From NCBI GenBank assembly GCA_951406725.2, contig OX597815.1, positions 78,182,001 through 78,246,000 on the forward strand: a stretch of DNA of 64,000 bases, written 5' to 3'. Below, in pieces: positions 11,872 through 25,575 of the stretch; position 1 is the stretch's first letter, and each line of letters opens with the position of its first letter. The stretch comes from Octopus vulgaris. Lineage: Eukaryota. The notes under the pieces were generated by a model that saw only the letters and a list, made by a program, of their open reading frames with translations, searched no databases and was not told the DNA's origin. The translations under genes were made by a program, and so were the position numbers.

Positions 11872-12849
11872 TAAGTTACTAGTACTTCATAATTCTATTA
11901 TAAAGTTAAATAAGTAATGCTACTCCCTTAAAAGTAGTATAAGAAATTTCAATATGATAAGCAATTCTCTCACACCTTGTAATTGACCTCTAGGTATAGA
12001 CCTACAGTCTGTCATTGTATAAACACTAACAATAATAAATAAATTAATTAAATGACCTCCTTTCTAGTATTGCACTTAATTCTCTTAATGTATTTTCCTC
12101 TAATGATAGCCTTTGACCCCTTTATCCCTTCCCTTGTTCTCCTTAGATTCTTATTTCTGCTTTAGCTCCGTCGGATTGGCAATTAGCAGCTGTATACTGG
12201 TCAAAAATAATGTTCTCCTTTATAAATCTTAGATTCCTGCAAATTCTAAGCCAGGCTGTCTGTCTCCACAGAAAGAAACCTTTCTGTGTAGGTGGGTACC
12301 TGCGACCCCTTCCCTCTCAGTTATCCCAGTATGCTCTATGTGGGCGGTTTTTCTTTGCTCCACAAAATTCCTTCAGCCTTTATAATTCTAACATAACAGT
12401 TTTATGAAATGAACAGAGGTGTGACAAGTATCTTATCATATATCAGGAAATTATACCCACCTTATTATGGATTAATCATGGATAGATTCATCGTCTGTGG
12501 GTATGAAATATCTCCTCATATTTCCGGTAATTTGCACCTACGTTATGGATGGATTCACCTTCTCTGTGAAGCTAACAAGCTTTTTTAAAACCTGTTATAA
12601 GACTGTGCATCATCATTAGAGAACTTTGAAAGTCTGCTTACAACCTAAATTTGCTTTTTATAGAACTATCTCCGATACTTCATGAGTGTAGCCTCACCCA
12701 CTGGGATGCTTGGAGAACTCATATGTGTTTTGGCTGATGAGTACGGGACACTTGTATTTGCTGCAATATTTGCAGCTTTTAATAAAGCTTGTCTTCGTAT
12801 GAAACAACTGTACTGAAAAACTAATCCATTCTTGTTGCTTTTTTCTCGT
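11872..12849 (+). repeat. 5' pseudo-LTR of the Naiad-type PLE
   Basis: Matches 16071-17047 apart from a few substitutions and a 1-nt T-run indel. Confidence 0.95.
12725..12821 (+). ncRNA. Type I hammerhead ribozyme in the 5' pLTR, with a long branched stem II
   Basis: CTGATGA at 12734-12740; stem II GTACGGGACA/TGTCTTCGTAT; GAAA at 12801-12804; stem III AC-AACT-GT; GUA cleavage after 12812; stem I TTTTGG/CTGAAA. Confidence 0.7.
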
Positions 12850-13022
12850 TTATAATCACCCCACATTATTGTATGGTTAATACCATATAGTTTTCTGGTG
12901 CATCTAAGTTAAGTACCGCATTCAAGTGAATTCAATAGAACTCACTTGAATCTTAATTGCTTTTACTGAATATATTCCCATACAGTCTGTATGTTTTTCT
13001 GGTACTTAATTTCTGAACAAGA

Positions 13023-15834
13023 ATGGAAAAATAAACATTGAGTTTTCCCCTAAAGACATCCCCTTACACAGTAAAGATGAATATAACTGGCTACTTATCC
13101 ATAGGATTAATGACTTCATTAGAAGAATTAGATGGAAAACTTACCATTTTGATGTCAAGCAGAAAAAGGACCCTTAAGTAAAGAATACTGATAAGAACTT
13201 TGGGGGAATATTTAGAAGCAGAAAGAGTCCGCCTCCGAACCCACTCCTGGAGAATTTCGAAAAAGATTTACTGAATCTTATAGAAGATATTAAATTCAAG
13301 GAACACCCGTTAAGATGCAACCCTCACCTCAAACATCTCAGTAACTTTATTCATTCAACCCGGAATAAGCAAGGAATCTTAGTACCAGCGGATAAAACTG
13401 GTAATCTGTATAGAGTAGATTACACTCTTTATAGCAAGCTAATTAAGAAGGAACTCAACTCCAAATATAAAATTACTACTAAGAAAAATTTGAAAAAAAT
13501 AAACCTGGAAATGGAAAGATACAATTTAACGGATAGAACGGAGCCGCTTAAACCGTGTGAACCTAAAATCAACCTTAAAGACCACAAAAGGAATTTCATG
13601 GAAAACCCTTCGGTAAGGCTTATTTGTCCAACTAAGTCCGACATTGGCCGGCTTAGTAAATCTATCCTTGATACTGTTCTACCCCAAATAACCCCTTTTC
13701 TTCCCTAAGTCTATGGCTAAATACCGATGAGGTATTAAAATGGTTTAACTCTCTAACTAATACTAGTAGTCTGTCCTTTATTCAGTTCGACATAAATAAT
13801 TATTACTCTAGTATTTCCCCTATTTTGCTAAATAAATCACTTATATTTGCTATGAATCGCTCCCTCATATCTAGAGAGCAAATCGACATTGTGCTATTAG
13901 CTAGAAAAACATTTATTGAATTTGAAGAAAAGTTATGGACTAGAGCAGATACACCTAATAATTTCGATATACCCATGGGTTCCAGTGATTCGGCTGAGGT
14001 GACTAACTTGGTAGGCGCGTATCTATTAAAATGCATAAATAAGGAGATCCCGGAATTACAAGGTGGTTTATATAGGGATGATGCTCTGTTTGTTATCCCT
14101 AGTAATAATAAATCTAGCATTGAAAGGATTAGAAAGAAAATTAATAAGTTCTTTAAGGATTTCAACCTTAGCATAACGTATGAACCTGGCACTAAAATAG
14201 TCAATTTCCTAGATATTACATTAGACCTTAACTCTAAGCTGCATTACCCATTTAGAAAGGAAGGTGAAATCACGAGATACGTAAATAAATTATCCAATCA
14301 TCCCCCAAATATAATTAAATCTTTAGTCGGAAATATTTCCTTAAGAATCTCTAAATTATCATCCAATAATGATATATTTAACTCTCATTCTGAGCATTAT
14401 AATGCGGCGTTATCTAAGGCAGGATACAACCAAAAGATTACCTTTATTGATAAGGAGAGCTGACATATTCCTAATAAAGAAGATATCAGTAACCACGTAA
14501 ACAACAATATAGACCACGCCCGAAATAAAAGTAGAAATAGATTTACGGTAACTGCAAATCTAACGTACAAGCCTAATCATACAAATAAAAACATAGACCA
14601 GAGCATAGGTAACTCGGATAAAATCAAATTAGATAAATCAAAGAAGCATACAAATAATAGTAATAAATACAATGACTCTGGTGAGATTAGTAATAATTCA
14701 ACTGACCCTAATTCTAATTCAAGGAAATTTAATAAGAAAGATATAATCTGGCTGAATATTCCTTTCAACTGTGCGATTCTATCGAATATACAAAGCAAAT
14801 TCAAAGTAATTCTAGAAAAAATTTTCCCAGCCTCTCATAGATATCATAGAATTATTTCTAAAACAGCGATTAGGATTTCTTATTCAACCCTTCCAAATAT
14901 GTCCACTTTAATAGCTAAGATTAATAATAATAACATTAAGCTAGCCAGGAAAGATAAAAATAATACCAACATGAATACCAATAACAATTGTAATAATACT
15001 ATCAAAAATAAAAGCAATAAACGCAACAAAAGTAACTATCAAAACATAGGTAGAATCAATAACCATGGAATAACTTATAATAATATTAATATTAATAGGA
15101 GTAATAATGTTAATAATATGAGTAATGCTAATAGAGAAAATACCGGGAATGAAGACATCATTGATATCTATAACAACAATATACATTCGGATACAAATAC
15201 TAGCAATAATAGTAACAATACCAATAATGTAAGTAATCATGGTAGGACTTTAGAACTAAATGATAGTGTAAAAGGATCGATAAATGATAACACTGCTTTA
15301 GATAACAACATTAACTATAATAACGATAAATATACTCATGATAATCAGAATAGCAAGAACATGAGACATCTATCCATAAATAATTCAACATCTGAAGATG
15401 ATCCCCCTAGGTGTAATTGTAGAATTAGGTCAAAATGCCCGGCACCTGGTCTGTGCGGGGTAAATAACGTAATCTATAAATGTACCATAACTACTGAGAA
15501 TAGCAAATTTCTTTATTTAGGTTGTACTATAAATTTTAGGAAAAGAGTTAGCAATCATATCTCCTCTTTTAAATTACGTCATAAAGCTGGTACCACCACA
15601 CTTTCAAGTAAGATCTGGGAACTCAAAAATAATAATATTGAATATAACCTTAATTGGGAAATAGTTAGAAGAGCGATGCCTTATAGAAATAACAGGGTTG
15701 GTTGCCAACTCTGCTCCATGGAGACGTATGAAATTCTAATGCATAGAAAAAATAGGAATTTGTTAAATAACCGTATAGAACTGGTTCTCTCTTGTATTCA
15801 CGCAAAAATGAAGACTCTAAAATATTTTAAATAA
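13023..15834 (+). pseudogene. Naiad-type PLE reverse transcriptase + GIY-YIG endonuclease, disrupted
   Basis: Motifs FSPKDIP, FIRRIRWK, VPADKTGNLY, LKDHK.NF...PSVRLICP.KSDIG, FIQFDINNYY, IPMGS, GGLYRDDAL, HPPNI, IIWLNIPFN, CNCR...CP, VIY..YLG. Lesions: 1-nt loss in the A-run near 13030, TAA 13175-13177, frameshift near 13705, TGA 14461-14463. Confidence 0.9.
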
Positions 15835-16070
15835 AAATCGTATAGAATAATCGTATGAAGATAGATCTATCTTGCTTTTACTAATAAAATAAAACTCTAA
15901 TATTTTTTTAATAGATAGCTGCGAGCTCTTACACTATGGTTATTTCTTTCTTTCTAACTGCACCTGATTTGGAACATAAAGAAATAAATAGTATTTGTAC
16001 GTTGCCTAAAAAAGTTTAATTGACTATATAGTTAATTTAATTTAATCTAATTTAGGTAACACAAATCAAA

Positions 16071-17145
<1,075 letters not shown>

Positions 17146-17149
17146 TTAG

Positions 17150-18140
17150 ATAGGTTTCGGCCACATTGGCCCAGGCCATGGCTAACTTAATAGCACCACC
17201 TAGAAAAGACATTTAGTAAAGTATTTTTGTATAGTTATTTTTAGGCACCATTGCCCATTCGATTAAAGAGTTGGAGTTTGCAGAAGTATATCCGAGTGTA
17301 AGTGGTTTATCTGGAATTTGTTGGAGATATTCATCCAGGAACTTTTTGAAGTTATGAAATCTTCTCCCTCCTTTATATGTTTTGGAATGATGTTAAAGAG
17401 AGCAGGTTCAGTTGAGAAGAAGTAGTTCTTTCTTAGTGTTGTGATGTGCTGAGAGCACGAATTCTGTAGAGGACGCATGGCATGGGGACCAAGCCTTGGG
17501 TGGATTTTATAAGTGATACTGATATCATTTGGGTAATACTGTGGGAACATTATCCACATTATAGAAATAATATAGCGTTCTCGGCGGCGCAGGAGAGAAT
17601 GCAGTTTGAGATTTGCGAGTCGATCCCAGTAATTAAATAATCCCAGTAATGCCATCAATTTTCTTTGTAATTGGTCTCTGGGTTGCTTCAAGTTTTTTAA
17701 TATTCTGGCTCGTGTAGGGAGACCATAGCGGACAACAGTATTCAAGGTGAGGGCGAGCGAAGGTAGAAAAAGAAGAAGAATGGTTGGAGCATCTCTAGAC
17801 TGGAAAGTCCTGAAGATCCAGGAGCACGCCCGGTGGGCCATGTTGACTTCCTTGTTTATGTGGATACTCCAACTTAAGTTATCGTCGACAGTCATTCCGA
17901 GGTCCCTAGTGATGTTTGATGCCGTGAGGCGCTCGCCTGGAGGAAGAATATATGGTTATATAAGTGCAGCCTATTTACCAAAGTGGATGAACTCAAACTT
18001 GTTCCCGTTCAGTTGCATGTTATGTTTCTGCGCCCACTGGGTAACAGCAACTAGGTCCGATTGAAGATTTGTCCAGTCTCCCATCCTGTCAACAACCTTC
18101 AGAAGCTTAGAGCCATCCGCAAAAATGTTTATATTACTGT
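17150..18140 (-). mobile_element. CR1-like LINE, 5'-truncated (RT C-terminal half)
   Basis: Minus-strand frames give FADGSK (degenerate YADD), LQSDL, RDLG.TVDDNLSW..HI, LEYCCPLWSP, YWDRLANLKLHSL.RRRER; frameshifted. Confidence 0.85.
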
Positions 18141-18149
18141 ATTTAGTGA

Positions 18150-18180
<31 letters not shown>

Positions 18181-18499
18181 TTATTATATATATATATATA
18201 TAATAATAATAATATTAGGGAGAAAAAAAAATATATATGTGTGTGTGTGTATGTATGTATGTATGTATGTATGTATGTATGTATGTATGTATGTATGTAT
18301 GTATGTACGTACGTATGTATGTATGTACAAAAAAGGGACAACAAAATATCCAGACAGACGATAAAAGGAAAACAAGGACGGATCAATCGGAGTTTTCTTT
18401 CCTCAGTCGAGTTCCAGATTATCTTTGCAATTTCGACTAGTTATACTCGAGATTGCTCCAAGGAAAAAAACTAAGCTAAGAGCATTAGATTCTTTGGAA

Positions 18500-18540
<41 letters not shown>

Positions 18541-18541
<1 letters not shown>

Positions 18542-18743
18542 TCTTTTTACTCTTTTACTTGTTTCAGTCATTTTGACTGCGGCCATGCTGGAGCACCGCC
18601 TTTAGTCGAGCAAATCGACCCCGGGACTTATTCTTTGTAAGCCCAGTGCTTATTCTATCGGTCTCTTTTGCCGAACCGCTAAGTGACGGGGACGTGAACA
18701 CACCAGCATCGGTTGTCAAGCAATGCTAGGGGGACAAACACAG

Positions 18744-18760
<17 letters not shown>
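18541..18760 (-). mobile_element. SINE family B, 3' half (split by the Neptune-type PLE)
   Basis: Colinear with the intact copies at 26275-26710 and 57192-57551 up to the internal CA/TA repeat. Confidence 0.85.
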
Positions 18761-18778
<18 letters not shown>

Positions 18779-18881
18779 ATTTTTTTAATTTTTTTAATTT
18801 TTTATTTTTATTATTATTATTTTTATTTTCCCTTTTCTCTTTTTGTCTCTCTCCCCTTCTCCAAACACACAGACACACACA

Positions 18882-18921
<40 letters not shown>

Positions 18922-19129
18922 CGCACACAGACACACAGAGACACACACACACACACACACACCTCCACAGAATGATCATAGAAAGTGTGACCCCAAATGA
19001 CATTTGCCAGGCCAACCTATGCACAACACACACTCAGTGACATTGAAATGGACAGCCAAAGTTCTTATAAAACCACAGGGGGTCCAGCAGACCAACGGAA
19101 ATAACACTTCTTCACTCTCAGATATAAAT

Positions 19130-19209
<80 letters not shown>

Positions 19210-19479
19210 TTTCTCTCTGTCTCACTTCCTCCTCACCCACTACTACAAAACTATAAAAAGGTTCAAACTACCCACAACTGATTTGATTTGAAAACCCACT
19301 AGAATGGGAGCAAGCGCTAATCCGAATGATATGATATATATGTAAAAAATGTAATATATAAATAAATATCTACAAATATGAACCATCTGATCTGATTACC
19401 TCAATTTTTCTAATATATAATACCTGTACATCATCTCCAAACCTTCCGATACATATATTTGGATGTACATGACATCAGA

Positions 19480-21087
19480 ATGGATGGACTAATATCAGAT
19501 CCACAAACAGAAGATACCAAAAATACAGAAAACATTGAAAGGAATGGAACAGAACCAGACCCCAAACAGGCTTATACCAAACACGCAGAAGACCTAACAC
19601 AAATCTGCAAAATATGCAATGCTGAAATAAACAAGACAGAAGCACATCTTCAACAGGGAAATACCAGAAGCATGGAAGATCTACTCACAGAAACCTGTAG
19701 TAAGTTAAATTCACTTCTCTCAAAAATTGATACGCTCTTTGCAAACATTGCTTTAACAATAAATACAATCCAAACACAAAATATTCTCTGTAAAAATAAT
19801 CAAACAAACACAACTGATAACACAAACCTTCTGGCGGGACTACCCCAATCACAAAGGACAACAAATGACGAAGAAACAAAAACTGACACAAACCAAGAAA
19901 AACCTTCAAAATCCCAAGACTGGAACAAACTTCTAAACCAACGCAAATATGCTTATTGGAAAAACATACGCTGTAAGAACATAGCCAACATGTATCAAAA
20001 CTGGCGGGACTTGAAGAACCCAATACTCCCTAGAAAATTTCTTATCAAAGAAATAAGGGGTGAAACACTAGAAGAAACAACAATACGTGCAAACCTAGCC
20101 CTCTGCCGACTAGAAACGGAAATTTCCCTTCTACAAACACGAAGCACACACCAGGAAGATAAGATTAAAACAATCGATACCGTCATAATGGCCGAGATAA
20201 CAGAAAGGAACAATAACCAAAACAAAGAAAAACTACAACAATTATGGAAAGAGGATACCGAACGAGAGGAGGAAAGATCCAGATTTATGTGGACCAAACA
20301 ACATGAGTGGTTTTTAAACTATGAAAAGAACTATGGTGAAGAATCAATTATGAAGACAAAAAAACTACCAAAACAAATGAATAGATACAACAAACTAACA
20401 CCACAAACATACTGGACTCCCAGACATCAAAATAAGCCCTACCAAACACAAACCAAAATCCCGCTCCTTACACTGCCGAACCCCCCAATTAACAGATACA
20501 CAAAATATGAAAGACAACCATCAACCCAAAACCCCACAAAAACAAACACACCAACAGCAAGACGAGCACAATACATACAACCAACAACCTATAACACTTG
20601 GAGAGAACAAATAGAATATGAACAACCACCAACACATAACACTGGACACCCTAAAGGGACACACACATGGAACAATATACAAATGGATAGAAACCAACAC
20701 ATAACCCACAACAAACATCAAGGAAATCGAAACCACACAAACACCAACCCCATGCAACCCCACAAATTTCCAAGATGGATAAAAAACAACTCCCACTATC
20801 AATACAATACAAACACAATACATGAACCATCCACCTACCCACAAAGAAACCTGAACCCCAGTAATAAATATTGGCTCAACCAACACAGAAGATGGGAAGA
20901 AAACAACTACCAAAGACAAAACAACACATACAGACCACACAGACCACCCCAACTACAAGAAAACCTAAGAACTGAAAATGGAATTTGGAGACGTAACAAC
21001 ACAACCCATTTTTTAGGGAGAGGATACTTCAACCATACTCCAGACCCAATACACCAAAAATTCCGGATGAACTCCCAAAACACATAG
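19480..21087 (+). CDS. PLE ORF1 (535 aa from ATG 19480): predicted helical/coiled-coil domain plus Q/N/T/H/P-rich C-terminal region
   Basis: Uninterrupted ORF inside the element; conserved block shared with the fragment at 2-328. Confidence 0.8.
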   Translation: MDGLISDPQTEDTKNTENIERNGTEPDPKQAYTKHAEDLTQICKICNAEINKTEAHLQQGNTRSMEDLLTETCSKLNSLLSKIDTLFANIALTINTIQTQNILCKNNQTNTTDNTNLLAGLPQSQRTTNDEETKTDTNQEKPSKSQDWNKLLNQRKYAYWKNIRCKNIANMYQNWRDLKNPILPRKFLIKEIRGETLEETTIRANLALCRLETEISLLQTRSTHQEDKIKTIDTVIMAEITERNNNQNKEKLQQLWKEDTEREEERSRFMWTKQHEWFLNYEKNYGEESIMKTKKLPKQMNRYNKLTPQTYWTPRHQNKPYQTQTKIPLLTLPNPPINRYTKYERQPSTQNPTKTNTPTARRAQYIQPTTYNTWREQIEYEQPPTHNTGHPKGTHTWNNIQMDRNQHITHNKHQGNRNHTNTNPMQPHKFPRWIKNNSHYQYNTNTIHEPSTYPQRNLNPSNKYWLNQHRRWEENNYQRQNNTYRPHRPPQLQENLRTENGIWRRNNTTHFLGRGYFNHTPDPIHQKFRMNSQNT

Positions 21088-23324
21088 ACCCCAAAATAAT
21101 AAACTTATCTAAAAGAGAACTTGACGAATATGAAATGAACCTACTACTAAAAGGCCTCAAATTTACACCTACACCCACTCCAAACCTCATAGAACTAAAA
21201 ACTGACATAGATAACTTCAGCCGCTACCTCCGCCTTATGGAATTCTTTGAAAATAAAGAAACAGAAGATAACTCAATCATAAGAAAAAAATCCCACTTCA
21301 CCCCTTACAAGGGAAGTGACAAACACCTTGACACGTACATAGAAACAATATCCAAATTCCCTCTTCACACACACAAATGCAAACAGAATCTCCGCAGAGA
21401 AGAAAAGCAAGCCCTACAAAAACTGAAAAATGACAAATCAATCGTTATAAAAGAAGCTGACAAAGGTGGAGCAATAGTAATTATGGACACAGATTACTAC
21501 AAAGAAAAGATACTAGAGTTACTGAACAACCAGACATATTACAAAGAGGAACCAACACCACCGGAGAAAACAACAATAAGAAAAATTAGAACTTTAGTCA
21601 ATGAATATCAGGACTCCTTTACAGATAAGGAGGAAGATTATCTATGCAACTCACAAACCAAAGAAAGCAACTTTTATGGATTACCTAAAATTCATAAAAG
21701 CTCGGAAATACAGAGAGCCATAAAGGAACAGAGGAACCACTACATAAGAGTACAAAGACCTGCAGACCTCACGATGAGACCAATAGTGGCAGGACCCCAG
21801 GCACCAACACAACAACTAAGCCACTTCATAGATATACTCCTCAAACCTCTATGCCCACAGATTCCAAGCTACATAAGGGATGACATAGACTTCCTCACAC
21901 ACATTCCAAATACAGTCCCGAAAAACACCATACTTGCAAGCTTTGATGTCACAAATCTATACACAAACATACCACACACCCTAGGTCTAGAAGCTATAAA
22001 ACAATCAATAGAAAAATACAGAGAACTTATAGATGAACGCTTCAAGACAAACTTTATCACCCAAGCCACCCAACTAATACTAGAAGAAAACACATTCTCA
22101 TTCAACAACAAGACATACCGACAGATAAAAGGCACGGCTATGGGTACAAAATTCGCACCTTCATATGCCAACCTAGTGATGGGCTTCCTGGAGAAAAAAC
22201 TATATGACGAAATAGGGAAAGTCTTCGAACACGACTTCAGAGAAGACATCAAGAAAAAGTGGAAACGCTACCTCGATGACTGTTTCATCTTTTGGAACAG
22301 ATCAGAAGAGGACCTACAAACATTCCACAACATCCTCAATACGCTGCACCCATCTATCAATTTCACAATAGATACCAGCCACAACGAACTTCCCTTCCTA
22401 GACATCAACATCAAAATACACAACTCCATCGTCACAACAGACATCCACTACAAAAAAACTGACACACATCAATACTTAAATTTCCACTCCTGCCACCCAT
22501 CCCACACAAAAAGAAACATCCCATATAGTATGGCACGACGAATATGTAGCATAGTAACTGATTCACAAATACGATTAATAAGACTAGATGAACTCAAAAG
22601 CTTCCTCCTAGAGCAAAAATACCCCCTTAAACTAATAGAAAATGGAATCACAAGAGCATTAAAACTAGACATCACACAACTCAGGACACCCAAAACAAAA
22701 AACAAAGAAAACACTATCCCTTTTATAAACACACACAACCCTGGAGTTACCAACATCTTCCAAACCATACATTCAAACCTACCAATAGCCTTACAGAGCC
22801 CCAAAATGAAAAACATATTAAACAAATATAGCATAAAAAACAGTAGACGACAGGACAAAAACCTAAAAAAACACCTAACAAGAGCGAAATTCTCTTCAGA
22901 AACTAAAACGGAATTCTTTGCAAAAGAGTGCGGAGATGGTAGATGTGGGACCTGCAGCAACCCCACCTACAAATACATAGAGAGCAACAGAGAGATAAGA
23001 TTTAAAAATGGTGTCATATTCAAAGTAAATGCAGATATGAACTGCAAGACGCAGAACGTCATATACTGCATAACCTGCCCCACATGCAAGGAGAATTACG
23101 TAGGAGAAACTGGTAATTCTTTGTGCCAGCGAGCCAGGATCCACCGACAACATATTCGGCAGGAAGAACTACGCAAAATACCACTAAGCACACACCTAGC
23201 TACATGTGGAGAAGGAAAATTTAAGATATTTCCCTTCTACAAGTGTCCGAAGAATGACACCCCCTTCAGGAGGAATATGGAAAAACATTTCATAGCTAAG
23301 TTCTCCCCCAAATTAAATGGCTGA
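20997..23324 (+). CDS. PLE ORF2: reverse transcriptase + Zn finger + GIY-YIG endonuclease (-1 frame relative to ORF1)
   Basis: Frame is open from 20997. Motifs IINLS..L...E..LLLKGLKFTPTP, ADKGGAIV, FYGLPKIHK, RPIV, SFDVTNLYTNIP, GTAMGT.FAP.YANL, RYLDDCF, LPFLD, HSCHP, CGDGRCGTC, VIYCITCPTC..NYVGETG. No stops or frameshifts. Confidence 0.93.
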   Translation, partial: QHNPFFRERILQPYSRPNTPKIPDELPKHIDPKIINLSKRELDEYEMNLLLKGLKFTPTPTPNLIELKTDIDNFSRYLRLMEFFENKETEDNSIIRKKSHFTPYKGSDKHLDTYIETISKFPLHTHKCKQNLRREEKQALQKLKNDKSIVIKEADKGGAIVIMDTDYYKEKILELLNNQTYYKEEPTPPEKTTIRKIRTLVNEYQDSFTDKEEDYLCNSQTKESNFYGLPKIHKSSEIQRAIKEQRNHYIRVQRPADLTMRPIVAGPQAPTQQLSHFIDILLKPLCPQIPSYIRDDIDFLTHIPNTVPKNTILASFDVTNLYTNIPHTLGLEAIKQSIEKYRELIDERFKTNFITQATQLILEENTFSFNNKTYRQIKGTAMGTKFAPSYANLVMGFLEKKLYDEIGKVFEHDFREDIKKKWKRYLDDCFIFWNRSEEDLQTFHNILNTLHPSINFTIDTSHNELPFLDINIKIHNSIVTTDIHYKKTDTHQYLNFHSCHPSHTKRNIPYSMARRICSIVTDSQIRLIRLDELKSFLLEQKYPLKLIENGITRALKLDITQLRTPKTKNKENTIPFINTHNPGVTNIFQTIHSNLPIALQSPKMKNILNKYSIKNSRRQDKNLKKHLTRAKFSSETKTEFFAKECGDGRCGTCSNPTYKYIESNREIRFKNGVIFKVNADMNCKTQNVIYCITCPTCKENYVGETGNSLCQRARIHRQHIRQEELRKIPLSTHLATCGEGKFKIFPFYKCPKNDTPFRRNMEKHFIAKFSPKLNG
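21009..21015 (+). promoter_or_regulatory. Candidate -1 programmed ribosomal frameshift slippery site U_UUU_UUA
   Basis: ORF1 codons CAT TTT TTA GGG put the heptamer in the X_XXY_YYZ phase, inside the ORF1/ORF2 overlap (20997-21087). Confidence 0.75.
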
Positions 23325-23854
23325 AACTTTACTCAACATACATTGAAGGAAAAATCTGTGTGTGTGTAGATGTGTGTATTGCCTGTTATATACATCATAT
23401 TATATTATTATCTTTATAATTCACTTCCATCTTTACCCTTTAATTGTCACTTTAATTTTAACTTTCCTATGACATACAACTTTCAAGATGGTATAATTTG
23501 GTTGTTCATTTTGAACCGATAAAAAGGTTTTTTCAAATATTTTATGTATAAGTCTGTGTGTGTGTATATATATGTGTTGGTATAAATATCAACACACAAA
23601 AATATTTTTTCTTCTCCACTTCCTCCCTTATTTTTATTTTTATTTTTATTTTTATTTTTATTTTTTTATTTTTTATTCTTTATATTTTTATTTATTCTTT
23701 ATATTTTTTTATTTTATTTTTTATTTTTTATTTTTTGTTTTTATTTTATTTTATTTTTTTTATTTTTTTAATTTTTTATTTTTATTATTATTATTTTTAT
23801 TTTCCTTTTCTCTTTTTGTCTCTCTCCCCTTCTCCAAACACACAGACACACACA

Positions 23855-23894
<40 letters not shown>

Positions 23895-24104
23895 CGCACA
23901 CAGACACACAGAGACACACACACACACACACACACACCTCCACAGAATGATCATAGAAAGTGTGACCCCAAATGACATTTGCCAGGCCAACCTATGCACA
24001 ACACACACTCAGTGACATTGAAATGGACAGCCAAAGTTCTTATAAAACCACAGGGGGTCCAGCAGACCAACGGAAATAACACTTCTTCACTCTCAGATAT
24101 AAAT

Positions 24105-24188
<84 letters not shown>

Positions 24189-24425
24189 TTTCTCTCTGTC
24201 TCACTTCCTCCTCACCCACTACTACAAAACTATAAAAAGGTTCAAACTACCCACAACTGATTTGATTTGAAAACCCACTAGAATGGGAGCAAGCGCTAAT
24301 CCGAATGATATGATATATATGTAAAAAATGTAATATATAAATAAATATCTACAAATATGAACCATCTGATCTGATTACCTCAATTTTTCTAATATATAAT
24401 ACCTGTACATCATCTCCAAACCTTC

Positions 24426-25575
<1,150 letters not shown>

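Larger units (their letters stand above)
18780..24430 (+). mobile_element. Full-length Penelope-like retroelement, Neptune-type, two ORFs, direct pLTRs
   Basis: About 670-bp direct repeats (about 18780-19451 and 23755-24430) flank ORF1 and an RT/GIY-YIG ORF2; (TA)n on both flanks. Confidence 0.93.

Noticed and set aside
18330-18500. CTGAGGA/CTGAAGA-containing minus-strand repeat (also about 11160-11270 and 25600-25715)
   Set aside because: Probably pLTR fragments, but GAAA, stem III and NUH could not be fitted, so not called ribozymes.
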